A stretch of 64,000 nt of DNA, taken from the NCBI GenBank assembly GCA_964642725.1, contig CAZXQG010000005.1, positions 16,597 to 80,596 of the forward strand, given 5' to 3'. Shown here piece after piece: positions 1-9,695 of the stretch. The notes under the pieces were generated by a model. The model was given only the letters and a program-made list of their open reading frames with translations, did no database searches and was not told the origin of the DNA. A program made the translations under genes and the position numbers. Each line of letters opens with the position of its first letter. Position 1 is the first letter of the stretch. Source of the DNA: an uncultured Chitinophagaceae bacterium. GTDB lineage: Bacteria; Bacteroidota; Ignavibacteria; UBA10030; UBA8401.

Positions 1-26
1 CGTCTTTTCTTAGGGAGATCCGACTA

Positions 27-362
27 ATGAAATTCACATCGAAAGAAATCGCAGGGGTTACCGTAATCACGCTGGAAGGAAATGTTCTTGGCGGCCCCGA
101 TGCGACGGAATTAAACAACACGCTTCACAAGTTTATTGACGCAAAGAAAAAGAAGATCGTTGTCGACCTGAAAGGCGTTTCCTCGATGAACAGTTCCGGG
201 CTCGGCATGCTTATCGGCGGCGTTACCACAATGCGCAACGTCAAAGGCGACCTTAAACTCGCGGGCGCTTCAGAAAAGATCCTCAAACTTCTGCAGGTAA
301 CAAAGCTGCTTTCCGTCTTCGAACATTTCGATACGACAAAGAAAGCGGTTGAAAGCTTCTGA
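27..362 (+). CDS. STAS-domain anti-sigma-factor antagonist (SpoIIAA/RsbV-like)
   Basis: 111-aa ORF; 'DLKGVSSMNSSGLGMLIG' matches the STAS phospho-serine loop; GGGAGA box 8 nt upstream of the ATG. Confidence 0.8.
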   Translation: MKFTSKEIAGVTVITLEGNVLGGPDATELNNTLHKFIDAKKKKIVVDLKGVSSMNSSGLGMLIGGVTTMRNVKGDLKLAGASEKILKLLQVTKLLSVFEHFDTTKKAVESF

Positions 363-380
363 ATATTTTCCTAATTACGA

Positions 381-420
381 AAAAGGCGCCTTGTCAATAC
401 AAGACGCCTTTTCTATTTTG
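381..420. terminator. bidirectional hairpin between convergent STAS and rpiB genes
   Basis: aaaaggcgccttgt-caat-acaagacgcctttt: 14-bp stem with one mismatch, A-run on the left and T-rich tract on the right. Confidence 0.55.
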
Positions 421-503
421 GACCGTCTGCGATCTGCGAAAAATATGCATCTTCCGAGAAATCACGGCATTTTCGCGCAACGTCTCCGTCGACACCGGGA
501 GTT

Positions 504-1181
504 TTACTTCGTAAATTTCTTTTCTACATCCGATATTTTATCGACACGCTTTTTATGCCTCCCGCCGCCAAACCAGGTTTCCAGCCACACTTTGACGATG
601 GATTTGATAAGTTCTATTCCAAGCACTTTTGCCCCGAGGGTAAGAACGTTGGCGTCATTATGTTCCCGGCTGCTCTGAGCAACGAATTCGTTGAAACAGG
701 CAGCAGCCCGTATCCCTGGAAGTTTATTGCACACAATGGATGAGGCTACTCCCGTTGCATCAATCATGATTCCCCGCCATGCTTCCCCCTTCGCTACAAT
801 TCGAGCAACCGCGTAAGCGTAATCAGGATAATCACAGGCATCTTCTGAATTTGTCCCAACGTCCAGGATCCGGAATCCAAGGTCTTCAAGGTATTTCTTC
901 AGCAGCTCTTTCGTTTGAAAGCCGCCGTGGTCGCTGCCGATAACAATTAACTTCGAACCAACTTTCGACGAAGAAATCGTCGCGGCCCTGTAGGATTCCG
1001 AAGACGGTGACGGCTTCGGCCCGTCCGATGCTTCCTTTGTATCGATGAAATGTACTTTCAGTTCCTTTGCTTTGTCTTTCGCAGAGGGAGTGACAATGGT
1101 ATTCCTGTCGGCGAAGATGCTCGTCTTCCCTTCTTTAACCGCTTTTACAATATCGCGTTCTGTGAGAACTGTTTTCGCCAT
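504..1181 (-). CDS. rpiB: ribose-5-phosphate isomerase B (RpiB/LacA/LacB family) with ~80-aa N-terminal extension
   Basis: C-terminal 145 aa 'LIVIGSDHGGF...ACDYPDYA...GIMIDATGVASSIVCNKLPGIRAA...REHNDANVLTLG' are typical RpiB. Start set at ATG 1181 (MAKTVL); the track start at 1229 is GTG and overlaps rlpA. Confidence 0.8.
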   Translation of the reverse strand: MAKTVLTERDIVKAVKEGKTSIFADRNTIVTPSAKDKAKELKVHFIDTKEASDGPKPSPSSESYRAATISSSKVGSKLIVIGSDHGGFQTKELLKKYLEDLGFRILDVGTNSEDACDYPDYAYAVARIVAKGEAWRGIMIDATGVASSIVCNKLPGIRAAACFNEFVAQSSREHNDANVLTLGAKVLGIELIKSIVKVWLETWFGGGRHKKRVDKISDVEKKFTK

Positions 1182-1201
1182 GGCTGGAAATTTCTTCTTA
1201 A

Positions 1202-1690
1202 CTATTTCGCGTACTCTTCGTCTCCCCACTCAACAACTTCAAGTTTCACTTTTGCGGTGCCCGTTCCTTTCATTCCCAGCTGTGTTGCCGCAGCAACCGA
1301 AAGGTCAATGATGCGCTCCAGCTTGAAGGGTCCGCGGTCGTTGATGCGCACGACAATCGACCGTTTGTTGTCAAGGTTTGTCACGCGGACTTTTGTGTTA
1401 AACGGCAGCGAGCGGTGGGCAGCGGTCATTTTATACATGTCGTACGTCTCTCCGTTCGCCGTTTTCTTTCCATTAAAATCATCCGCATAATAGGAGGCGA
1501 TGCCCTCCATGGTTTTCAACGACTTCGCCTCACTGTTCCCTTCATGAGATCTCGACTCAGTCGATCGCTCTCGAGTGAAGCGCGGCGACGATGCGCATCC
1601 TGAACTGATGAAAGCCGCAGCGAGTACACCGACAATGAACCCGGAATAAACGAACAGCACCTTCGTATGTTGCCGGCCGGACTCTTTCAC
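1202..1690 (-). CDS. rlpA: RlpA-like septal ring lytic transglycosylase lipoprotein (DPBB domain)
   Basis: Signal peptide with lipobox 'ISSGC'; 'GIASYYADDFNGKKTANGETYD...TAAHRSLPFNTKVRVTNLDNKRSIVVRINDRGPF' is the RlpA double-psi beta-barrel signature. Confidence 0.8.
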   Translation of the reverse strand: MKESGRQHTKVLFVYSGFIVGVLAAAFISSGCASSPRFTRERSTESRSHEGNSEAKSLKTMEGIASYYADDFNGKKTANGETYDMYKMTAAHRSLPFNTKVRVTNLDNKRSIVVRINDRGPFKLERIIDLSVAAATQLGMKGTGTAKVKLEVVEWGDEEYAK

Positions 1691-1726
1691 AGTTCTCGTT
1701 GTGGTGGATTTTCGGAAACCGTCGAG

Positions 1727-2824
1727 CTATAAATAATCGTTCATCTGTTTGCGGCGTATATGATCGACAATCTCTTTCACATCCTGCGATGCACCGCGTT
1801 TGCAGATCAACAACGCATCTCCCGTGCTGACGATAATGAGGTCGTCAACACCGACCGTCGCCACCAATTTGTCGTTCGTGTGAACATAGCAATTGTTCGT
1901 GTTGAAGGAAATCACTTTCCCGTGAAGCGAATTTCCATGTTCATCTTTCGACGAAAGACGGTAGACTTCGTCCCACGATCCGACGTCACTCCATCCGAAT
2001 GCCCCGCGTATCACGTACGCGTTCGTCGCTTTCTCCATTACGGCGTAATCGATCGAGATTCCGCGTATCAACCCATACGCGTGCTCGATGCTCTGTTCGA
2101 GAAGCGGCGTCCCAAGCGACGGTTCGATGCTCATCAAATGGTCGTAGAGTTCCGGAAGTGAATGCTTGATCTCTTTCAAAATGACGTCTGCCCTCCAAAT
2201 GAACATACCGCTGTTCCAGAAGAAGTCGCCGCTTTCGATAAATTTCTGGGCAGTCGCAAGGTTTGGTTTCTCGGCAAACGTCTTTACTTTGAAAATTTCT
2301 TGTGGCGGCGTTTTGCTTGTGCCCTGTTCATCATCAACGATCTGGATATATCCGTAACCGGTCTCCGGATGGGTCGGCTGAATTCCGATAGTGATAAGGG
2401 ACGATTGCTCGTGCGCCGCATTTACGCCAACCTTCAAAACACGACGGAATTCTTCCTCGTCGAGTACAATATGGTCAGAAGGGAGCACCACCATTACGCC
2501 GTCAGGGTCCAGCCTGCTGACAAATATTGCAGCCAGTCCAATGCAAGTCGCGGTATTTCGTCCGATCGGTTCGCAGATAATGTTTTCAACCGGGATCCCA
2601 GGCAACTGTTTGATTACGGCATTCTTTTGCAGTTTGTTCGTGACGATAAAAATATTTTCGGGAGCAACAAAGCCGTTCAGACGCCCGACAGTGTTCTGGA
2701 TCAGAGTATGCCCGCCCGCCATTTCCATCAGCTGCTTCGGCATTCGTTCACGGCTCCGCGGCCAGAACCTTGAACCGACTCCTCCCGCCATGATCACGGC
2801 ATAGATCGTTGTTTGTTCACCCAC
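1727..2824 (-). CDS. manC: mannose-1-phosphate guanylyltransferase (GDP-mannose pyrophosphorylase)
   Basis: 365 aa; N-terminal 'AVIMAGGVGSRFWPRSRERMPKQL' nucleotidyltransferase loop and 'VLPSDHIV', with no C-terminal PMI cupin domain. Confidence 0.8.
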   Translation of the reverse strand: MGEQTTIYAVIMAGGVGSRFWPRSRERMPKQLMEMAGGHTLIQNTVGRLNGFVAPENIFIVTNKLQKNAVIKQLPGIPVENIICEPIGRNTATCIGLAAIFVSRLDPDGVMVVLPSDHIVLDEEEFRRVLKVGVNAAHEQSSLITIGIQPTHPETGYGYIQIVDDEQGTSKTPPQEIFKVKTFAEKPNLATAQKFIESGDFFWNSGMFIWRADVILKEIKHSLPELYDHLMSIEPSLGTPLLEQSIEHAYGLIRGISIDYAVMEKATNAYVIRGAFGWSDVGSWDEVYRLSSKDEHGNSLHGKVISFNTNNCYVHTNDKLVATVGVDDLIIVSTGDALLICKRGASQDVKEIVDHIRRKQMNDYL

Positions 2825-2833
2825 ATTTCACCT

Positions 2834-4036
2834 TTAATGTTTAAGCAGCGCTTCGGGGTCTTGAAGAATTTGATTGATGCTTTCAAGCATTGCGGCTCCG
2901 TTGGACCTTTCAGTAAGCGCCTTCGAAAGACGTTCGCCGACTTCACGCATGACTTCCGCAACACGCTCGTCTTGAGCCAAACCCGATGAATCAACATACC
3001 GAATGAATTTTAGCACCGATAGAAAGAACTCGAGAATCTCCTTCTTCCCGTGCGCACGAGCGACCTCAGTTGAACCTCTCGCGATCATCGCTAGCACTGC
3101 AAACACGCTCTTGCGTTCAGAGGGAGTCTTCGTGCCGATCTTTGAAACAATTTCTGTGAAGCGCTGAAAGCCGAGCAAAAGATTTTGATCGAGAATGTCG
3201 GCGAGAGCCGGGGATTCCACGACAGCCGGCGGGGGCGGCGTTTGAGGTTCGGGCTTTGAAAACATCTCTGGCTGAACTTCAGCAGGAAGGTCAGTCGGTT
3301 CCTCCGCGACAAGAACAGGCGGTACCGGTTCCGTCTGAGGCTCGGCCTCAGGAAGATTCTCAGGCTGCGTCTCGGGTTCCAGTTCCGGAACAATTTCGGG
3401 CTGATTTTCTGTAAGAAGTTCCGTTGGTTCCTCCACAACATCGACAGGAGGCGCCGGTTCCATCTGAGGTTCAGGCTCGGAAATAATCTCAGGTTGAATT
3501 TCAGGAAGAACCTCCGCCGGTTCCTCGGCAACAGCGACTGGGGGCTCTGGTTCCATCTGAGGTTCAGGATCTGAAATAAACTCAGGCTGAACTTCAGGAA
3601 GAAGCTCCGCCGGTTCCGTCTGAACTTCCGGTTCGGGGAGAAGCTCAGGCTGATCGTGAGAAGCAAGTTCCGCCGGTTCCTCGGCGACAACGGCAGGCGC
3701 GGACATTGCGGTCTCAACCGGTGCGTCAAATGGTTCGCTGAGAAATGCTTCGAACAATTTGTCGCTCAGCAACATCGCATCGATGTCAAATTGATCAGGA
3801 GAAAAATCTTCGCCCGGCTGTGCGACGCGTTCCAGCAACCACTGCATGGAAAGTGCGGCTTTCGTGAAACCGAATACCTGGCTCAAATGGTGTAACTCGT
3901 CTTTTAGATTCGGCGCCTGCTCAAGCCGTTCGATCAAAACCCGCATCTTGCTCCCGTGAAAAGGAATCAAGCTGTCTTGCAATCCCGCTTGGGTTCGTTG
4001 AAGCACCTGCAATAAGTATTGTTCTGGGTTATCCAT
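2834..4036 (-). CDS. hypothetical acidic protein with central Pro/Glu-rich tandem repeats
   Basis: Long ORF, no signal peptide or TM segment. Helical-looking N- and C-terminal regions flank repeats of the type EEPAExLPExQPExxSxPEPQxEPxPPVxV. Start set at ATG 4036 (8-nt overlap with the alr stop); ATG 4084 is an alternative. Confidence 0.6.
   Translation of the reverse strand: MDNPEQYLLQVLQRTQAGLQDSLIPFHGSKMRVLIERLEQAPNLKDELHHLSQVFGFTKAALSMQWLLERVAQPGEDFSPDQFDIDAMLLSDKLFEAFLSEPFDAPVETAMSAPAVVAEEPAELASHDQPELLPEPEVQTEPAELLPEVQPEFISDPEPQMEPEPPVAVAEEPAEVLPEIQPEIISEPEPQMEPAPPVDVVEEPTELLTENQPEIVPELEPETQPENLPEAEPQTEPVPPVLVAEEPTDLPAEVQPEMFSKPEPQTPPPPAVVESPALADILDQNLLLGFQRFTEIVSKIGTKTPSERKSVFAVLAMIARGSTEVARAHGKKEILEFFLSVLKFIRYVDSSGLAQDERVAEVMREVGERLSKALTERSNGAAMLESINQILQDPEALLKH
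3230..3700 (-). repeat. in-frame tandem repeat array (units of 63, 93, 93 and 126 bp) inside the CDS
   Basis: Units 3421..3513 and 3514..3606 are 93 bp and near-identical (ccgYYggttcctc...ggttccatctgaggttcagg...caggaagaaSct). Flanking units share the ccgccggttcc head. Confidence 0.85.
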
Positions 4037-5147
4037 GTTTGTAATTTCTCGGAACTCTCTCGGAAACTGCACAGAATATTTCATACGGGATTGTGCCGAG
4101 CGTATCGGAAATCTTCCAGCAGGAAATTTCCGAATCGCCGTCCCGTCCCATTAACGTCACCCGGTCACCAACCTTGCACGCAGCCCGCTCGCCGACATCG
4201 ATCATGAGTTGGTCCATGCAAATCGCGCCGACGACAGGGTATTTTTTCCCATTGACGAGAACGTCCGCTTTGTTCGTCAGCCGCCTGCTGATGCCGTCAG
4301 CGTAACCGATTGAAACCGACGCGATATTCGTTTTTGACGATGTGTAATAGCGACGTCCATAGCTGACGCTTGTTCCCTTCTCTACTGTTTTCATAAACTC
4401 GATCCTTGAACGTATTGACATTGCAGGTTTCAACGGCAGAGGTTTTCGAGTCTCTCGAGAAGGATAGCAGCCATACAGCATGATTCCGGGGCGAACCATA
4501 TCGAAATATGACTCTTTCAATTGAAGGATCGCACCGCTGTTGGCGCTATGTTTTATGGGAATGTGAATACCGGCTGAATCAAGCCCGTGGAGAAGTGAAG
4601 TAAAATCCGACAATTGTTTGCGGGCAAACGACAGATTTTTCGCATCCGCTGTGGCGAAGTGAGTGAATATTCCAGCCACTTCAATATTGCCGAGCATACT
4701 CACTTCACGGATAAAAGCTGTCGCATCTTTAGGGGCGATGCCAATCCTTCCCATGCCGGTATCGACCTTCACGTGAACGACGGCTTTTTTCCCCGCACCG
4801 GCCGCGATCCGGTCAAGGTTCCGCGCAATCGAAATTGAACACAAAGTCGCTCCCAGATTGTGCTCGACGAACAACGCAAGCTGCGGTTCCGGCGGCGCCG
4901 TCAGCACCAGTACTGGAGCCTCGATTCCGTTTTGCCGGAGAGTGACTCCTTCTTCAACAATGGCCACGCCGAGGTGCGATGCCAGTTTCTCTTTCAATAT
5001 CGACTTTGCAACCGGAAGCATTCCATGACCGTACGCGTTGGCTTTGACAACCGCCATTATGTATGGCTGCTTGCCGACCTGTTTTCGAACTTGCTTGAGA
5101 TTGTGATGAATTGCTTTGAGGTCAATTTCTGCGTAGGTCGGTCTCAT
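4029..5147 (-). CDS. alr: alanine racemase
   Basis: 'MRPTYAEIDLKAIHHNL...AVVKANAYGHG' (PLP-lysine motif) and C-terminal 'YEIFCAVSERVPR'. ATG 5147 preferred over the TTG at 5180. Confidence 0.9.
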   Translation of the reverse strand: MRPTYAEIDLKAIHHNLKQVRKQVGKQPYIMAVVKANAYGHGMLPVAKSILKEKLASHLGVAIVEEGVTLRQNGIEAPVLVLTAPPEPQLALFVEHNLGATLCSISIARNLDRIAAGAGKKAVVHVKVDTGMGRIGIAPKDATAFIREVSMLGNIEVAGIFTHFATADAKNLSFARKQLSDFTSLLHGLDSAGIHIPIKHSANSGAILQLKESYFDMVRPGIMLYGCYPSRETRKPLPLKPAMSIRSRIEFMKTVEKGTSVSYGRRYYTSSKTNIASVSIGYADGISRRLTNKADVLVNGKKYPVVGAICMDQLMIDVGERAACKVGDRVTLMGRDGDSEISCWKISDTLGTIPYEIFCAVSERVPRNYKHG

Positions 5148-5214
5148 GAATTCAATCTTGGGAAAAAAAATCAATGCCAATATAGCAGATTAATGAAGAA
5201 GAATCAACGAACAT

Positions 5215-5252
5215 ACAAAAAAGCCCACAAACGGATTTAATCTTTGTGGGCT
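5215..5252 (-). terminator. rho-independent terminator of atpDC
   Basis: On the minus strand: AGCCCACAAA-11 nt-TTTGTGGGCT followed by TTTTTTG, 24 nt after the atpC stop. Confidence 0.7.
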
Positions 5253-5275
5253 GTGAGACAAACTATTACGGCGGC

Positions 5276-5683
5276 TCAGTGGTTTTCTGCAATTTTTAAA
5301 CGATTGATGGCGCGAATGAGGGCAATTCGAGCGCGCTCTTCGTCAATGCGTTCTTCCTTTTGCAAACGCTCGGCAGCACGCTCTTTGGCTTTCTCTGCTC
5401 TCTGCACGTCAATTTCATCGGAGCGTTCGGCCGTCTCCGCTAAGAGAATAACCTTGTTGCCGTTGACTTCAACGAAACCGCCGCTCGTTGCATAACGGCT
5501 GACTGCTCCGGCAGGATCGACGACTTTCACCTGCCCGACCGTAATCGATGAAAGAAAGGGTGCATGATCGAACAATACCTGGAAGCCCCCCGCCACACCC
5601 GGTGCGCTGAAACTTTGCACTTCCCCGGAGAAAACCGTTTTCGTCGGAGTCACTATATCGAGATTAAAATTCTTTCCTGACAT
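5276..5683 (-). CDS. atpC: F0F1 ATP synthase subunit epsilon
   Basis: 135 aa, directly downstream of atpD. Beta-sandwich N-terminus 'LDIVTPTKTVFSGEV' and helical C-terminus 'RAEKAKERAAERL'. Confidence 0.9.
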   Translation of the reverse strand: MSGKNFNLDIVTPTKTVFSGEVQSFSAPGVAGGFQVLFDHAPFLSSITVGQVKVVDPAGAVSRYATSGGFVEVNGNKVILLAETAERSDEIDVQRAEKAKERAAERLQKEERIDEERARIALIRAINRLKIAENH

Positions 5684-5704
5684 CAGAGTTCGTTGTTATT
5701 CTTT

Positions 5705-7138
<1,434 letters not shown>

Positions 7139-7237
7139 TCACAATATTCGTAGCTAATGTTTCAAATTAACTAATTTTTTAAGAAAAATCAATGCAAATC
7201 TAGGTGAAGAATGATTCCATAACTCAAATTATTCCGC

Positions 7238-7268
7238 GAAAAAGTATCTCGAACTGCGAAAGTTCAAG
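7238..7268 (-). terminator. putative terminator after the ypdA-like gene
   Basis: Minus strand: CUUGAACU-UUCGC-AGUUCGAG (8 bp, one G-U pair) followed by AUACUUUUUCG. Confidence 0.45.
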
Positions 7269-7304
7269 AACATAAAGTCATTGCATCACTTCACTTTTAA
7301 AAAA

Positions 7305-8261
7305 TCATCGTTTGAGAATGGAGGCTATGATAGCCTTCCCATGCAAACGCCCGTTTTCAATAAATATTCTGTTATTATTTTTTCCTGCTGCAATTGAACC
7401 GGCAATGTAGAGCCCCGGAATGTTTGTTTCCATCGTCACCTCGTCGTAATCGGGCGCCAGCGTCTCGGAATTCGTTTCCACTCCTATTGCTTTGAGAAAG
7501 CTGATATCGGGGTGGTAGCCTATCAGGGCAAAGACAAAATCGGTTGGAATTGAAAAGCGGCCCCGGGCGTTGTTTTCGAGAACAAGCGAATCTGCTTTTA
7601 TCTCTTTTACCTCAGTCGAAAAATGTGTTGTTATCGTCCCTTCTCTTATTCTGTTTTCGATGTCCGGAAGGATCCAGTATTTTATTCCATCGCTCAATTT
7701 TTCCCATCGATGAATAAGAGTGACGACCGCGCCGTGACGGTACAATTCTAGCGCGGCAATCGCGGCGGAATTTTTTCCGCCTATGACGGCAACATTCCGC
7801 CTGAAGTACGAAAATGGCTCTGAATAATAATGAGAGACGGTTGGAAATTCTTCTCCGGGGATATTCAAAAGGTTTGGATTGTCGAAGTAACCTGTTGCAA
7901 CGATGACGTTTCTTGTTTTGTATAAAGATTTGCTCGTCTTTAGTTCGAAGCCTTGGTCTGCTTTTCTTAAGGAAACTACTTGTTCAAAGAGTTGCAGCCG
8001 GAGCTTAAAATGTTCGGCGACTTTCATGTAGTACTCCAACCCGTCTGCTCTCGTAGGCCGCATTGACGACGAAGAAAAAGGAAGGCCGCCTATCTCGAGC
8101 AGTTCCGGCGTAGAAAAAAAGGACATCGCCGTTGGAAATTTTTGGATGGAATTGACCACCGCGCCCTTTTCAATAACGAGATAGTGCAAACCCGCTTTAT
8201 ATGCTTCGATAGCAGCCGACAGCCCCGCCGGCCCCGCTCCAATGATCACAACATCATACAT
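7305..8261 (-). CDS. ypdA: YpdA-family FAD-dependent disulfide reductase (putative bacillithiol disulfide reductase)
   Basis: 318 aa; 'YDVVIIGAGPAGLSAAIEA' FAD fold plus 'SIQKFPTAMSFFSTPELLEIGGLPF', which I recall as characteristic of YpdA rather than TrxB (no CxxC motif). Confidence 0.75.
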   Translation of the reverse strand: MYDVVIIGAGPAGLSAAIEAYKAGLHYLVIEKGAVVNSIQKFPTAMSFFSTPELLEIGGLPFSSSSMRPTRADGLEYYMKVAEHFKLRLQLFEQVVSLRKADQGFELKTSKSLYKTRNVIVATGYFDNPNLLNIPGEEFPTVSHYYSEPFSYFRRNVAVIGGKNSAAIAALELYRHGAVVTLIHRWEKLSDGIKYWILPDIENRIREGTITTHFSTEVKEIKADSLVLENNARGRFSIPTDFVFALIGYHPDISFLKAIGVETNSETLAPDYDEVTMETNIPGLYIAGSIAAGKNNNRIFIENGRLHGKAIIASILKR

Positions 8262-8276
8262 TAAAAGCCCTTTCTC

Positions 8277-8315
8277 ACAAAAAATCCGTCCTTCGTTTGA
8301 ACTTAAGGGACGGAT
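8277..8315 (-). terminator. rho-independent terminator downstream of tRNA-Thr
   Basis: Minus strand: ATCCGTCCCTT-loop-AAGGACGGAT followed by TTTTTTG. Confidence 0.6.
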
Positions 8316-8335
8316 CTCTCATGCATAATACGAAG

Positions 8336-8407
8336 AGCTGAAGGTGGGATTTGAACCCACGACCTGCGGTTTACGAAACCGCTGCTCTACCGCTGAGCTA
8401 CTTCAGC
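8336..8407 (-). tRNA. tRNA-Thr (anticodon CGU)
   Basis: Hand-folded cloverleaf: GCTGAAG-TA-GCTC-AGCGGTA-GAGC-A-GCGGT-TTCGTAA-ACCGC-AGGTC-GTGGG-TTCAAAT-CCCAC-CTTCAGC-T. All four stems are perfect; CCA is not encoded. Confidence 0.9.
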
Positions 8408-8430
8408 CATGCTTTGATAATATAAAAAAA

Positions 8431-9141
8431 TTAGAAGAAAATTCCAATAAACGGCCCGTGAACCATGCGCGCATAGTCTTGCGTTTTATCGCTCATCGAC
8501 CATTTCTGAGTCTCAAACCGGTAACCCGCCGTTACACCATCTCCGATAAGTTCACGAAACAAAAATTGAAGTTCGGCAACGACGGCAGTAGACGACCCGC
8601 TTTCTACACTGAACCCTGCCGTGCTGTAATAAAGAATTCCAACGCCGGTGAATTGAACTCCAAAATTCTCTGTTATGTGTTTGTACTCCAAACCTGTCCC
8701 AATTCCGACACTTGCAATGTTAAAATCTTTGGATGAATTTGATGCACCGCCGGCCTCTACAAAATTCGTCGAAAACACAACTGGCAAAAACAAATTTCCG
8801 CGGTCGGAGGAGGCGGTTAATGAAATATCGGTTATCGATTCAGCGGCCAGCGAAATTTCCGAGCGGCTGTCAGTGTTAAACCTGTATGACGAATAACCAA
8901 AGGCAATCCGCAAGCCCAGCTGCCGGTATTCAGCGGACCACAAAGGGGACTTGACATGGATTTTTGCTGAATCGGAGAGCGTATTCCCTCCCGCCGGCTC
9001 AAAATCCTGAACCGATGTGTTTATCCCGAACGAACGGAAATCCTCGAGCGAAGGATAGTTCTCTTCAAAAAGCTGGCTTCGAGATTCTTTCGACGAACAC
9101 ACGAGAAATAAGAAAATAAAGCAGCACCTGGAAACAGTCAT
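8431..9141 (-). CDS. putative outer-membrane beta-barrel protein
   Basis: N-terminal hydrophobic signal, alternating-residue beta-strand pattern, and a C-terminal '...GPFIGIFF' aromatic terminus typical of OMPs. Start at 9141 or 9165. Confidence 0.5.
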   Translation of the reverse strand: MTVSRCCFIFLFLVCSSKESRSQLFEENYPSLEDFRSFGINTSVQDFEPAGGNTLSDSAKIHVKSPLWSAEYRQLGLRIAFGYSSYRFNTDSRSEISLAAESITDISLTASSDRGNLFLPVVFSTNFVEAGGASNSSKDFNIASVGIGTGLEYKHITENFGVQFTGVGILYYSTAGFSVESGSSTAVVAELQFLFRELIGDGVTAGYRFETQKWSMSDKTQDYARMVHGPFIGIFF

Positions 9142-9221
9142 GTGTGTAACTCTTGCACCGTCCATAATATTTTTGCTGGTTGAATGTACATTTTTTTAAT
9201 GAAACTTTCATCCCGCTCAAT

Positions 9222-9250
9222 TTGAGAAACAAAAACATTCAACGTATATT
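9222..9250 (+). promoter_or_regulatory. putative sigma70-type promoter for the 9277 gene
   Basis: TTGAGA-17 nt-TATATT, 27 nt upstream of the ATG. Confidence 0.4.
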
Positions 9251-9276
9251 ATGCATTAGATAAGGGCAGGAAAAAT

Positions 9277-9690
9277 ATGATGAACCGGTTTTTCAAATTT
9301 GGATTCTCGATGGCAGGCTGTGTCGTAGCGTTAGTCTTCGTTCTCTCATCGTGCAAAGACACATCAAATTCGGTTTCGAACTTGGACGAAATAGTTTTCC
9401 CTGCAACGGGTATCAGTTATGAGAAGCAAGTGCAGCCGCTCTTTAACATCGGCTGCGCAACTACCTCATGCCATGATAACCAGGACAAGACGCTCAACCT
9501 TACAAGCTACGGTTTATGGAAGTTAGATCCGGGCGTTATCTATAGCGGGGATACAACCAATAGCAGATTCATATGGTGCATTGAAGCAAGGCCTGGATCA
9601 TCCCCCATGCCGCCGGCGAGGCCCCTGGTACAAAACCAAATCCAGGGATTGAAGAGGTGGATCTACGAGGGTGCAAAAGACACGCAGTAA
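9277..9690 (+). CDS. hypothetical lipoprotein with cytochrome-c-like C-x4-C-H motif
   Basis: Lipobox 'VLSSC'; 'VQPLFNIGCATTSCHD...' and C-terminal 'MPPARPLVQNQIQGLKRWIYEGAKD' resemble planctomycete-type cytochrome-like domains (from memory). The Cys spacing is 4, not 2. Confidence 0.5.
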   Translation: MMNRFFKFGFSMAGCVVALVFVLSSCKDTSNSVSNLDEIVFPATGISYEKQVQPLFNIGCATTSCHDNQDKTLNLTSYGLWKLDPGVIYSGDTTNSRFIWCIEARPGSSPMPPARPLVQNQIQGLKRWIYEGAKDTQ

Positions 9691-9695
9691 TCTGC

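Noticed and set aside
349-678. 109-aa plus-strand ORF overlapping the STAS stop, the terminator hairpin and the rpiB 3' end
   Set aside because: It runs through a bidirectional terminator and is antisense to conserved RpiB sequence. Its composition is not protein-like.
3091-3729. 212-aa alternative-frame ORF (Arg/Leu/Ser-rich) through the repeat array, and the possibility that the repeats are a CRISPR or non-coding array
   Set aside because: The repeats are contiguous without unique spacers. Unit lengths are multiples of 3, and they keep one long frame open with coherent PE-rich periodicity joined to non-repetitive termini. The alternative frame is a by-product.
8344-8736. 130-aa plus-strand ORF beginning inside the tRNA-Thr gene
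   Set aside because: Its N-terminus is simply the antisense of the tRNA, and the remainder is antisense to the OMP-like gene. No supporting signal was found.
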